Below are positions 51,659 to 64,000 of a stretch of 64,000 bases of DNA, one piece after another (the first letter of the stretch is position 1; every line of letters begins with the position of its first letter). Under the pieces are notes generated by a model. That model was not told the origin of the DNA and searched no databases. It saw nothing but the letters and a program-made list of their open reading frames with translations. Origin of the DNA: Chrysomallon squamiferum (Eukaryota > Animalia > Mollusca); assembly GCA_012295275.1 (NCBI GenBank), contig CM022673.1, positions 2,294,001-2,358,000 of the forward strand, written 5' to 3'. The translations under genes and the position numbers were made by a program.

Positions 51659-54600
51659 ACTGTTGTTTTGAATGTGTTTGTATTGATTGCTATATTTTTA
51701 TATCAGTTATCTTTATTTAATTACTTACATGGTCAGCAGATAATTAGGAGATTCATCATTCTAACACATAATTAGGGAACAGGCTATAGCTAAGTGTTTA
51801 TAAACTTTGCATCACAAAGTAAAGAACCAATCCTCTGCATTGTTTCCATAAGCCTTCACTGATTACATTTTTATTTTATATTTTTTAATTTTTATTTTAA
51901 TTTTTAATTTTTATTTTAATTCATTTATTTTATTATTTATTTATTTATTTATTATTATTATTTATTTATCTTTATTTTTTAAAAGGAAATAATTTTAAAA
52001 TATGTTCATCGTGATGAATGAAAATGTCTATTTTTGTGCACACATACAAGACACAGGGACAAGAGACAAGCAGACATACAAATAATTACCTTCAAACATA
52101 AAATAACATATGCATATTGTACTGAATAACAACTTTCCTATGTGTGTTCTTGTTGTGTATATAGATGTCTGTGTGTGTCTGTATATGTAGGTTTGTGTGT
52201 AATTATACTGATTTTTGGTAATTAGTAATTTACTCCTGAACAGTTAAAAATATAAACGATATAGTCACAGATCTTGTAAAGTATTTGTATTGATTTATTA
52301 CGACTTGGTAAAAATATATCTTTGTTTTAAAATTTTAGAATGGTAATAAAAAACAGGTGTATTGAAGTATTATCATTGTAATTCATTTTCTTATATGGAC
52401 AAAATAAATTATAATTTTTTTTTTTTTTTTTTTTTTTTTTTATTATTATTTTTTTTTAATATAGTTTAAAAATTGTTTTCCAAAAATAATGAAATTGGGA
52501 AATTTATTGTTAACTAAAATTTATTGTTAACACAGTTTTTCTGTGTAAATATCTTTTTATCTTTACTTCTTTTTTTCTTTTTTTTTCTTTTGTATATTTT
52601 TGAACACATAATGCTGTTGCATGTCTCAGGTATACTAAATAAATGTACACATATGCATACATATAGTCATAAGATACATCAGTATATCCATATAAACATA
52701 TATTTACATACACATTAAAATATAAACAGAGTAAGTTCCACTATTACTTATTGAGAACCCTGCCATAACTGAACGCAGAGAAAACAGGACGTACACAGTA
52801 AAACCCATTTTAAACTGTAAAGATGCCAACAAAGAGATAGCCTCTTGTATTTGCCCACACTGCCAGGCTGTGTGCACTGGAGGCATTTACACAAAGACCT
52901 TGGCTATAATAGCTTAGTGGGATGAGAATAAACAATAGTCATCCAGTGGAAAACACCAGGCTCTATCTTGACCAGGTGCTAAAACATAAAAGCTAATGAT
53001 CAGCGCCAGGTTTTGTACATCACAAAAAGAAGTTGGGTTTAGACACAATGGTTTCATATAATATTTAGGCTAATGTTTTAATGATGTATTATTTGACTTT
53101 TGTTTTAGGATGTTGGGGTTTTTTGTGTGTGTGTTTTTTAAATTATTTTTATTTTAAAATTATTTTTAGGACATTACAAGATTTTTATTTATTATTTTTA
53201 TTTAAGCTATTTTTATCTGTGTGTGTATGTGTACTCATGTGTTTCCTTACTAAACATTGCATCTGTATCACACATGTACATACTAAAAACACATATTAAT
53301 TCACCAAGGCCAAGTGATACAAAACCCCAGGATGCATTGAAATGCAACCTACTATTTCTTTCACCCTTTCATGCTGTGATGACACCTGCATAGACAAACC
53401 AGGAAAATGAAGTTGCATAATCATCTACTCAACAGAGAAAATAACCCTCAGTGAATGAAATGAGTATTAGTCATGAATAAACTACGTTATGCAATTCACC
53501 AGATCACTTTACACAAATGTTAATTCTGTTTCTTTAGATCAAAAACCCCTTCAGTTCATTCTATGCATTCATTACTGAAAGAAGTCTGGTTTTTTCTTGT
53601 ATTGTAGACACACTTGCTTTGAAGGATGTTACATAATAACCAAAAGCATGACTTCTTTTCTCATGCTCTTTTATCCAAGTCTTTTGAAAATGGTTATCTA
53701 GGCTTAACAAAGGAGTATAGCTAACCAACAGGTTACTTAAATATTAGCCCATCCTTAATGTTACAGGCATTTTGCAAGCTATTTTTTAGTTTTTAATATA
53801 GGTGCATTATCAAAATAAAAGATGACTTAAATATCAGCCCTTACTTTAATGTACATATATTTTGTTTCTGTGTTTTTTTGTTTTTGTTTTTTTGTAATAT
53901 ATTTTATGAGTGGAAGAAACTGAAAGGATGCCACATATAATTTATTATTTATCCACTAAAGTTAATGTAAAACTAAAACTCACTACTGATTTTAAGATTA
54001 ATGTTATAAATTAGTCAGCTGTTATTATTAACATATTTCTGACAAATAATTATTTTATGCACTTTAAAATTAGTCTTTTTTAATTGTTGTTGTTGTTGAA
54101 ATTTGACTTCTTAATATAAATCTTGTACACGGTTACATACGCACACATAGATGGGTATATATGTATATATAGATATAGATACATTTACATTCACTTAAAT
54201 AAACACAAATACACATCCTTTACTAAATTTTACGAAACAGTAAACAAAAGTTCATTAATGACAACAATTATTTATTTTCCCAAATCCCTGCAAATCAAAT
54301 GAACATATAATCTGTTACTTCCAAACCGTAATATGTATATCTGTTATCCAAATTCAGCAAAGTCTATTAATATGTTATAAAATATACTAAATGGAACACA
54401 TTCTAAACATATGGTGCAGAGCTAACAAAGACACTGTTATTGTTACAAGGTCAAAATAATTTATGTTGTAGTTTTGTGTTTAAGCAAATTTCATTACATA
54501 TATTTTTTATATGACTTGATACAGGAAAATAAGCAAAAATGTCATTCCACAGCATAAGATTTAGACTGATGTTTATTTAAAATAATGCTTGTTGTGCAGA

Positions 54601-56700
54601 TTAATATTCTTATCAAATGATTGTATTTGTAATGAAAATGTAATCACCTACAAACTTCACTTTCATATTTATTATTCTACTTAACAAAAAAAAGACAAAG
54701 GCACAACCATACATTAATAACAATGGCACAAAAGGGTGAGATGAAAAATCAGTATAATTACACACAAACAACAAAAAATTAAATTTCATTTTAAAATCAT
54801 TACTTGTAAACCAGTTTTCACCTTTATAACAATTAGTGTAATTTTTTTAATTCTCCATCTTTTATCACGTTAAAAAAAAAATATATAGATTATAATATAT
54901 TCACAAAGTATACACAAACTTACAAATATACTTCTGATATCAGTTTTAAAACAAAACCAAAAAGAATAAAATGATATTAATGGAAAATTTACAGTTGTTT
55001 TATTTTTATGTTTTTATTATTAAGAATGTTTTAAATTCTATTAGTTTCTTATATATCAACAAAGTAATGAATAAACATTTTCCAGAACAGTTCATCATTG
55101 TTATCTCTTGTATTAAGCTAGCTATTTTGGTTAACTAAATTTGATCATCAAAGCTGAATAACCCATTACCATCTTTGCCAATGACCTACTTAAGATTATT
55201 TGAATTTTTCTCTATTGATCACGTGATTATAACCTGAGGCTTCCTCACTTTTTCACAGTAGCAGTAATTGGATTTATTTATTTTTATTTTTATTTTTTTT
55301 TTTTTCATTATTAGTTCTAGCTTGATAGTTTGAATAGTTAGTTTATTTCAAGATAGTCAAAAAAAAAAAATAAAAAAAAAGTACACCAAAAACTAGTACT
55401 GACATATAAACAAGCATAAAAAAATAAACAGTATTAATAAATAATTTAAACAGTCACATGAACACCTTTTCCCTACATGCATATTTGTTTTTTAATAATT
55501 TAAAAAAATTTTTTTTTAAAGTAATTGTTAACAGTTTTGGGACTTGTTTTAAAAGTAAATACAAATAAATATTTAATTTTTAGAAAAAGAAAAATTAAGA
55601 TGTTAGTAAGATTATGAGACAAATTAAACCTATAATTTTATGCAACAAAATAATATATATACACATATATATTATAAATTAAAATAAAAAGTATTATAAA
55701 AAATATTATGCAAACTAAAATATGCTGAACTTATAACATGCAAACAAAAGATTTCATCTGAAAAAAAGAAAAAAATGGTGTAACAAAATTTAATTAAAAA
55801 CTTCCCCTAACAAAATCAGCAGTTTAAAATGAAATCAACAGCTGCAAAGCATTTCTAGATTAGCATAAATATCAGACTGGACAATACCATTGCATTATTA
55901 GATATACAGACAGACAGCAAGATGGAGAGATAGGTAGATTCAGTTATAATCAGCGTCAAAAAATCTATTTACAGAAGAAAAAAGAAAGCCACCTATTTAA
56001 TTTTCATAGAAATGATTTCTTTTATATAGCCAAAAAATATATTTTTGATTGTTTTTGTCTTTTTTAGATATTTTATAGAATTATGATAAAACATTTTTTT
56101 AATATTTAAATGAACATTAATAATCCTGCCCTATTACATTTTATGAACACTAACATAAATGAAACATGGAATATAACAAATACAAAACAACAGCAAGAAT
56201 AAAATGTTTTTAAAAAATAAAACAGAATATATATATTAACAGCTGTAAATATAGTGAAAAAGAAAAAAAAAAAAATTGTTTCAATAAAAAACTTTATTTA
56301 TCTAGTAAAAATGTTAATAAAAAAATAGGTTGAAAAAAGAGAAGAAGAAATTTGTATTATACAGTAAATTACCTCAATATTTTTACTTAATGTACAAAAA
56401 ACCCCAAAAAACAGATTATGTGAAAAAAAAGAAAAAAATAAGAAAGTTTACTTTTACATTTAACATAAAAACTGGGAACGTTTTGCATGCAATCCACACT
56501 GCTGTGTAGTTAAAACTGATCTAACCAATATAAACATATTTGGTATTTTATGTAAAAGATATATTTAGGTAACGAAAAAAATACTCATAACAAATATAAA
56601 TAAATATATAAATAGATACCAATATGAAAGTTAAAAAAAAACAAAAAAGTAATTATAATAATAAATAATAATAATTTCTTTATTATAATAATTATTTCTT

Positions 56701-56736
<36 letters not shown>

Positions 56737-58802
56737 TTCATTATGTCCTATTTTAAAACCATGATTTCAAATACATGTAATTATATTTTGATTTGACTAT
56801 GTAACTGGTAGATTTTGGCTACATATATAAGATAAAAATGTTTATAATGAGAATACACAATTTTGCATATGCGTTAAACAGATCAGAAACCTGTCATTAA
56901 TATCATTCATTAGGTCCAATAACATTAACGGAAAATGATATGAAGTTTGCTTTTGAATGAAACTATTTCTAATGGTTCCAGATATTTCAAATGTAAATTA
57001 AATTCAAGTTGTCATTATAAGTATTCAAAGAATTGAATAGTATAAACATCATCTGTTATGTTACACTCCTCTCTCTGTAGACATTAATATATTCACACAT
57101 TAGATATAAAATATCTCACAAAGCGGTGCAGTATTTTCATTAATATTTGATGGTTATACAGTAATATAAAGTTTATTTTCTTTCAAATTATTATTTGAAT
57201 TTTCCTTTTTGGCAATTTGTACTTAAAATATAAAATATGGCAATAAAATGTAAGCTTATAAATATTCACGATAATTGTTTTTTGGTTTTTTTCACCCTTT
57301 TATCAAAATGTTTTCCTTTTATCAGAAACATTCTGATAGACTGATGATATGGGATCTGTATAATTATTTCTTTTCAAGATTTTTTTCTTTAAATTTCTTT
57401 TATATGAAATGGCATTATGTTGAAATGGAAAAATGTCAGTTTTTTGTATTACCTCTCAAGTTAGTAATATTATTTTCATCCTTTTTCCAGGTTATAAACA
57501 AAACAATAATTTGTTATTATACACAAAATGTATTTAAGTATTTGTTTGTTTGTGGTAACAATAGTACACACTTTATCTGGATGGTATACACTGAATAAAA
57601 TTATTAATTTCACAAAACACTGTACACAAAATAACAAAATTAACAGACACACACATTTACAAAAAAGAAGGTTATGATAATTAGCATCATGGCATAAAAC
57701 AATACATTTTGTAATTTAATTTTATTAAACAGTAATTGATCAAAAGCAATATACAAAGCACTCAAGAAGTTGGAGAATTTGTGAAATGGCAGAACATATC
57801 TCATTTTTAATTATGTCATAAATATTCTTTTCAATTAACTCGTACACATGATCAGGAAATATTTCTTCCATTTTGTAATTACATCAAGGGACATAACTCA
57901 AAACAAAATAGTCATAACAAGTTATTAGGTGATGAAACTTTAAGAAGAAAAAAAAAAAAGAATGCTTTAATGCAATCTTTGTTGACAAGGAATACTGACA
58001 TAATAATATTTCCAGCATTATATATATTTCTGGTAAAAAAATATAGTTTAAATTACCAGCTCCAAAACTGGAAAAGCAATGATATTTTTATCTTCAAATT
58101 GCTCATTCACATATTTCCAATTACTGAAATATCAACATTTACTTTGATTCAACTGAACTGGATGCATGTTTACAAAGATTGCAACACCAAAACTGCAACA
58201 CACAAATTTAAATGCTGCCTTCATGGCTATTGCAGTAGTATTGCATATCTCTCTGTCATAAGATATATATATATGCAAGTCAGTTAATTAATGTTTAATG
58301 CTATTTCAACAAACAATGGTGACAAAAAAGCTGTAAAAGATTAATATAAAAAAAAAATATATATTGAAAATAAATATAAAAAAACTGAAATGAATCAGGG
58401 GACACTGTGAGAGTTAAGGTGTAACAATAATATTCCTCATTACTCTCCAACAACTTGAGGACTAATTCTAATATTGTACTGGCACTATTTCTGGCCAAAC
58501 CTAAAAGAAACAAAATAGATAAAACCATCTGATCTAAAAGTATATTAGATTATTTGCACCACGAAAACATTTCAAACAATTAAAATATCATTAGCTAACA
58601 ATAAAACTTTAAGACTGCGTCCTAGCAACATAAAACTCTTTGTATTATTAGTTGTACAGTAATTTCAGCTGCATTATAAATTTTCAGTTTATCATCATTA
58701 TCATCATCATCACCACTGTTGTGCTGTAAATGAATCTTAATAATAATAACAATGTGAAAAATACTGATGATCACCTTGTTTTGATGATGATGGAATGTTA
58801 CT

Positions 58803-60269
58803 CTATTGTGAGTAGTTCTTGGGCTTGGGGTTTATTCTTTCTTCAGGCTTGGACAGCATCCACAACAAGTCCTTGTACTGAACTGGCCAGTGGTAGAGAG
58901 TAGTGTGTTGCAACCAGGATGGGACAAGTTTCTGGTTCACACCTTCCATGAGCACAGGCACGAATCGGGCATTTCGATTGTTTTTAGCCTCAAACTCTTC
59001 AAGCATTAGCTTGTAGATGTACTTTGTGTGCAGTTTGTTCTGACTAAAGTCATTGCTGTCGCTGTTTTCTATATCTGCCTTGTATTTGTTTGATACACAT
59101 ACAAGAACAAAGTCCGCCTTTTGCAAAAGAAATAAAAATACATGCCTATAAATAAAAGTTTGTTCAGGAGGAAAAATGTGGTCACATGGCAACTGATTGT
59201 TTATATATGTTTGCCTGAGTATATATTTGAGTCTGTATGAGTGTGAGTGTGAGTGTGATTCTGTGAGTGTTTGTGACTGTGAATGTCAGTATGTGCATGT
59301 ATACAAAAATAGTCATAATTAAAATTTTTATTAGTTGAATGTAAACTGACACTTCTAAGTGTAACGAAAGTACAGTTAAAAAGTATAGTGACACACAAAA
59401 CATAGAGTACATGTTAATATACCAGTTACATGCAACATGCAATTCATTTAATTCATATGAATGTAAATTGTTACTTCTTTGTGAAAACAAAATATGATTA
59501 AAATGCTAAGTGCTTTCTCTTTGACATATAAAACACTGATTAAAATGCTAAGTGCTTTCTCTTTGACATATAAAACACTGATTAAAATACAGAGTTAAAA
59601 ACACATATTAATAGACAAGTTACATACTACTTTGACTAATCACTGGGTGTGACTGCTTTCAGAAACTTTAACTGAACAGAGGTCCTATTAAAAGCTATAT
59701 ATGTTCTTATGAACTCTATATAAACTAATAAAAAATACTGTGATTTAAGATAAAAATTAAAATTTCATAAACAGTTTACTTACATCCATAAATTTCTGCT
59801 TGTACCAGTCAACATCACCAAGAGACTGAACACAGTTCTCCATTTTCCGGCCTTGCACGTCAACAAAACATGAGAAGCCATTTTTAATAAGACACTTACA
59901 CAGACTCAGAACACGCTGTACATGTTTTTTGCCATCTTCAGAAAATGTCACAAACACCTTTATGTGTCTAAATGCTGCAAAGATATAAAAGCCCAGTGAG
60001 GATGTTGACATGACTTCAGCAGATATTAATTTTACCCTAAAGAACATTTCAAAGATCTTGATGTATCACTATTAAAACAAATTTCTTAGGCAATGGATTA
60101 ATGATTTAAAGTCTAACACTTGATTTTCATATTTACAAATGAATAACTGTATAAACAGCAAAGGTAATGGAAAGCTTTCTACACCTGAACAGAAACAAAT
60201 GTCTTAAAAAATCATAAAAACCAACAAATCAAATGCAAACACAGTAATTTAACAGAACAATAGACTGAC

Positions 60270-60343
<74 letters not shown>

Positions 60344-61895
60344 CTATTTCAAACTGACCTTTTCTGAAAACTTCTGGCTTCATATCATTAGGCAGAGAAA
60401 CTGACTTAGTTATTGTCATCATTTTCTCATGTTGCTGTCGTATATCAGCAACTATGACCCCATTGCTATGTGGCTTCATTCTCATAGGAAAGGTATTGGG
60501 TGCATTAATGACTCCATTTTTCAGTTTAGGACTGACTTTCTTTGAGTCAAAATTCTCTGGCTGATTGTCTGCTCTCCTTGTACAGTTAGCAACAGCAAAA
60601 ATACTTCTTTCATCACCAATCAGTTTCACTTTCTGTTGAGAATTATCTATTTTCTGCTCAGCAACAATTGTTGTGTAATCTTGATTAGGCATGTACTGTT
60701 TCGGAAGGTTAGCCAATCGTTTGAGATTTTCTAGTGGTACATCATGATCACTTAGACTTTTTGGAATGCAGGATGACTTTGTATTTCGCAAACCAGCATC
60801 CTTTAGAGGCTGATTGGAATTGCACTCATCTGATCTCTGCCTGTAGTAATCTTTTCTTTCACCTAGTGGAACCAGATCAGAGTCTCCCGAAGAGAAGTCT
60901 TCTGATGTGGAGGTAGAAACCTCTTCCTCTCGTGCTATGTCAAAATCATCACTTTCATGTGAAGGTATATTCATCATAGGATTCTGAGCTCGGAAAATGG
61001 CTTTGGGCAACGGGACCTGATCATCTCTCATAACTATATCATTTTCAACAATTGAAAATTCATCTCTACTATTTAAATCAGGTTGCACCACCATGCTGCT
61101 GTTATCTTCCTCTGTGACAAATGATCTCATGTCCTGTGGAAGATTGTTTTGTCTTGACTGAACTTCCATTTCTCCAGTGTGATTGGTGTGAACAGGGCAG
61201 CTATTGCCATTATAAGTAAATGATGGATACTGAGTCTTCTGGCTGTGTGGTCTTCTAATGTGATCATTCGTTTGTGACTTGTATGCAGATGGTAAGGGAT
61301 AGTATTCATAACTGTTGTACACAGCTGGGTGTACATGACAACTGTAATTACAGCGATAGTTAGTGCTATTTGAATGATAGGAATTTGTTTGAGGCCAGTG
61401 TTGAAGTTCATGCTCCATAGGCTGACTTCTGTGTTTTTGCTGCACCTCCATTTCTGCTTTGTAACTTTTTTCAATTCCTGCAAAATCAAAAGGAAAAACT
61501 GACTTATATAATCTGCATGTACAGATACATGCATACAACCATATGTAAACATACATATATAAAACAGTCCATACAAGCATTGTGCCTCCAGAACTTCGAC
61601 ATACTAACATAGAAAGTTTATTCTTGACCTGAGAATTCCTTTACAATATAACTGCCATATATATCTGTTACCATTACATATCCTGATGAAAACAAAGGCA
61701 ATTCATTTGTTAGTTTTTTAATCAGTTAACATACGTACCCGGCAAAGCCTCTTGTAACACTTCCAGAGCATCTTTACGTTCCATTTCTTGCAAAGCTTCA
61801 AGTACTCTGTTCACAGAACAATCCTCCTGCTTTTCATAATGAGCAAATAACTTGAGAGTGTTACGTCCATCTTCTGACCTCTGTGCTTCAATTAC
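58803..61895 (-). CDS. TRAF3IP2: Death-domain + SEFIR adaptor (Act1/CIKS/CIKSL-like, IL-17 pathway), 5'-partial, ~593 aa visible
   Basis: Exons 61895-61739 (C-terminal death-domain helices, CSVNRVLEALQEMERKDALEVL), 61477-60359 (disordered linker), 59974-59784 (SEFIR box1 KVFVTFSED...HVQRV...NGFSCFVD), 59117-58803 (ADFVLVCVSNKY, LHTKYIYKLM, NARFVPVL, VPSWLQHTTLYHWP). Phases compatible; no transmembrane segment. Upstream exon(s) were not found in the window. Confidence 0.85.
59495..59588. repeat. 42-bp perfect tandem duplication in an intron
   Basis: tgattaaaatgctaagtgctttctctttgacatataaaacac twice. Confidence 0.9.
60274..60341. repeat. (AG)n microsatellite just inside an intron
   Basis: Seen directly, 17 nt past the donor at 60358. 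Confidence 0.95.
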
Positions 61896-64000
61896 CTACG
61901 AAAGAAAAATATACATTTCAAAAAAAAATCTTTATTAAATAGTAAATCATTTATTTTTATTCACAAATACTTACAATAGGATGGTGTTGTACATGTTAAA
62001 TGTAAATCTGGATTACTGGGAGTTATTATTTTTGCCAATAGTGATTATGGTCAGCATATAAATTATATTAATTTTGTTTTTCATGGAATATCAAAATAAC
62101 AAAAAATGACCTTCAGACAGGCTTTTTGTTTATAGAATATGCATTTTTCAAACAGGCAAGTAAATGACAATGTATACAAAGTTTATTTTATGTGTTTTCT
62201 AAGCAATCTAATAATGCAATGTAATAAAAATAAAAATAACAATAATAATGTAGTTTATTTAATCAAGATATAATAATAACAATTATAACATTTTAATGAA
62301 ATTAATATAATTATAAATAACATAAAATCAAATAATAGTAAAAAATAAAAAAACCACATTAAGATAATTATTTAGTTAGTCAACAATAGTTACTCATTTA
62401 CTTGATAAAGATAAACACATTATCTCTGTGTAAACCAAATTAAATATTACTATCATAATGTCATACAGCTAAAAACAGAATACAATTACTTACTGGTAAC
62501 CTGTAATAATTTAATGCACATTTAAATAAGCTGTTTTTCAGAGAACAATGAGATTTAAATAAAAATAAAAACAGAAATATAAACAAGTGTTTACTTCACA
62601 AGGAATCAGTGGCAAATGATCAGTCATAAACATAATGAAACATTAAATATATTAAAACAGTATGTGTGGATGCAGGCAGGTAAAATAATGACCTACAGTA
62701 AGTACAAATCTATTCTCTATCACCTTTGATTTAATTTATTAAAGATTCTGCTGTCACTCCAGATAGCAGTTAGGTGATAAATTTCAGACTAATATACTTC
62801 CTTGAGGCAATTTATTTGTTTCAAAGCAGTTTTAATTGGTTTGTTCAAAAATATATGCCTGAAAGGCATATGTTTGTTTTGTATTAGCTAATACTGCCAC
62901 CTGGTTTAATGTTATTTGTGAATTATATCCAATTAAATATTTTTTGTCAAAATAATGTGGAAATAAAACCTAAAGGCAAAACTGTAAATTTATTGAAAGT
63001 ACTTCATATATTCAGCTTTGAAATTTTTTAATTTTTTTAATTTTATTATTGTCCTAAGACAAAAGGAGATAACAGCAAATAACATTATCAAAATATATAT
63101 CAAATAGATTGTTATTGCTGTAATTTAAGTGCAAGTAAAATAAACTAAAAATAAAAAATAAAATTATAATAGATACCTTCTCAGACAAAGAAGAAAAGGG
63201 GATGGACTTTACTGTGTCAAAGAAAAATTATGTTCTAAATGTGAGCTTATTAGTATAATCAAATTTTAGTCTGAGTAGTGAAAAATATATACAGGTTTAG
63301 CAGTACCAAAAAAAAAAAAAAAACATACATTCAAAAAATAATTTTAAAAAAGCACTAGTTGCTATGCAAATATCTAATGTGATTAACACATTCTTGTAAC
63401 ATATTAACAGATACACATAACCAGCCCTTTTTTTATACCTGTATTGATACAGTGGCACTGTAAACGGAATCAGAGTAAAACAAACTCATTAAATAATGTG
63501 TAAATGAGGAATAACTTAATTATTATATGAATACATTGTAAAAATTTGTCAGGGTACACACCGAGAATTCTGTATCAGAAGGTGGACTGCAATTTATGTA
63601 GTACCACTCATCGTATTATTCAACAGTGGCACTGAATATGACGTTAATGTCACCAAGACAAACATTAACGGAATACACTCAAGAACAAGAAATAGCCAAA
63701 ACAGAGGACCAAGATGGACTTAGCCTGCTTCCTACAATGCTTTACCACTTAACAAGAACACAAGAAACAGAGTAACAATTACACCGATTGCAAGTAGAAA
63801 AATAAAAAATAAATATTATTTGGTTCATTCGTAATGTTGATGGTTTTGGGGGGGGGGGTCAACAAGCTTGAATATCTAATTATTATTATAAAAAATATAT
63901 TTTGAATCTACAGTTTTGAAACTGTCGAGAATGTAACCTTTACTAAAATTTTAATTACTGAAAGACTAGTCCTGTTAAATAAACATAAAAACAAATATTC

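Noticed and set aside
52740-53060. Higher-complexity patch between COMMD9 and the Act1-like gene as an exon or ncRNA
   Set aside because: No recognisable frame, splice pair or RNA motif; cannot be supported.
60249-61610. 453-aa ORF as a single-exon gene with an N-terminal TM segment and SL tail
   Set aside because: Both ends are intronic read-through; the true exon is 61477-60359, bounded by consensus splice sites.
63439-63520. Upstream coding exon of the Act1-like gene (donor CAG|gtata at 63439)
   Set aside because: The frame gives no death-domain-like sequence and there is no convincing acceptor.

Overview
AT-rich, microsatellite-laden eukaryotic (invertebrate, probably lophotrochozoan/mollusc-like) genomic DNA. 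Most entries in the ORF track are artefacts, so I rebuilt spliced gene models by hand. Four genes are supported: (1) nucleobindin (NUCB1/2 family), minus strand, 11 coding exons, ~601 aa, with a ~240-aa Gln/His/Pro-rich tail; (2) a 4-exon, 129-aa Glu/Lys-rich disordered protein on the minus strand with a prothymosin-alpha-like bipartite NLS, which the ORF track shows only in fragments; (3) COMMD9, plus strand, 6 exons, 198 aa; (4) the 3' part of a Death-domain + SEFIR adaptor (Act1/CIKS/TRAF3IP2-like), minus strand, running off the right end. The first ~23 kb is CpG-retaining and non-coding. It holds several non-autonomous DNA transposons with target-site duplications, a tRNA-derived SINE, minisatellites, an old ~460-bp duplication, and a possible uORF-rich first exon of a minus-strand gene whose CDS would start at position 70. 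The best novelty candidate is the prothymosin-like gene. No prokaryote-type system (CRISPR etc.) is present.
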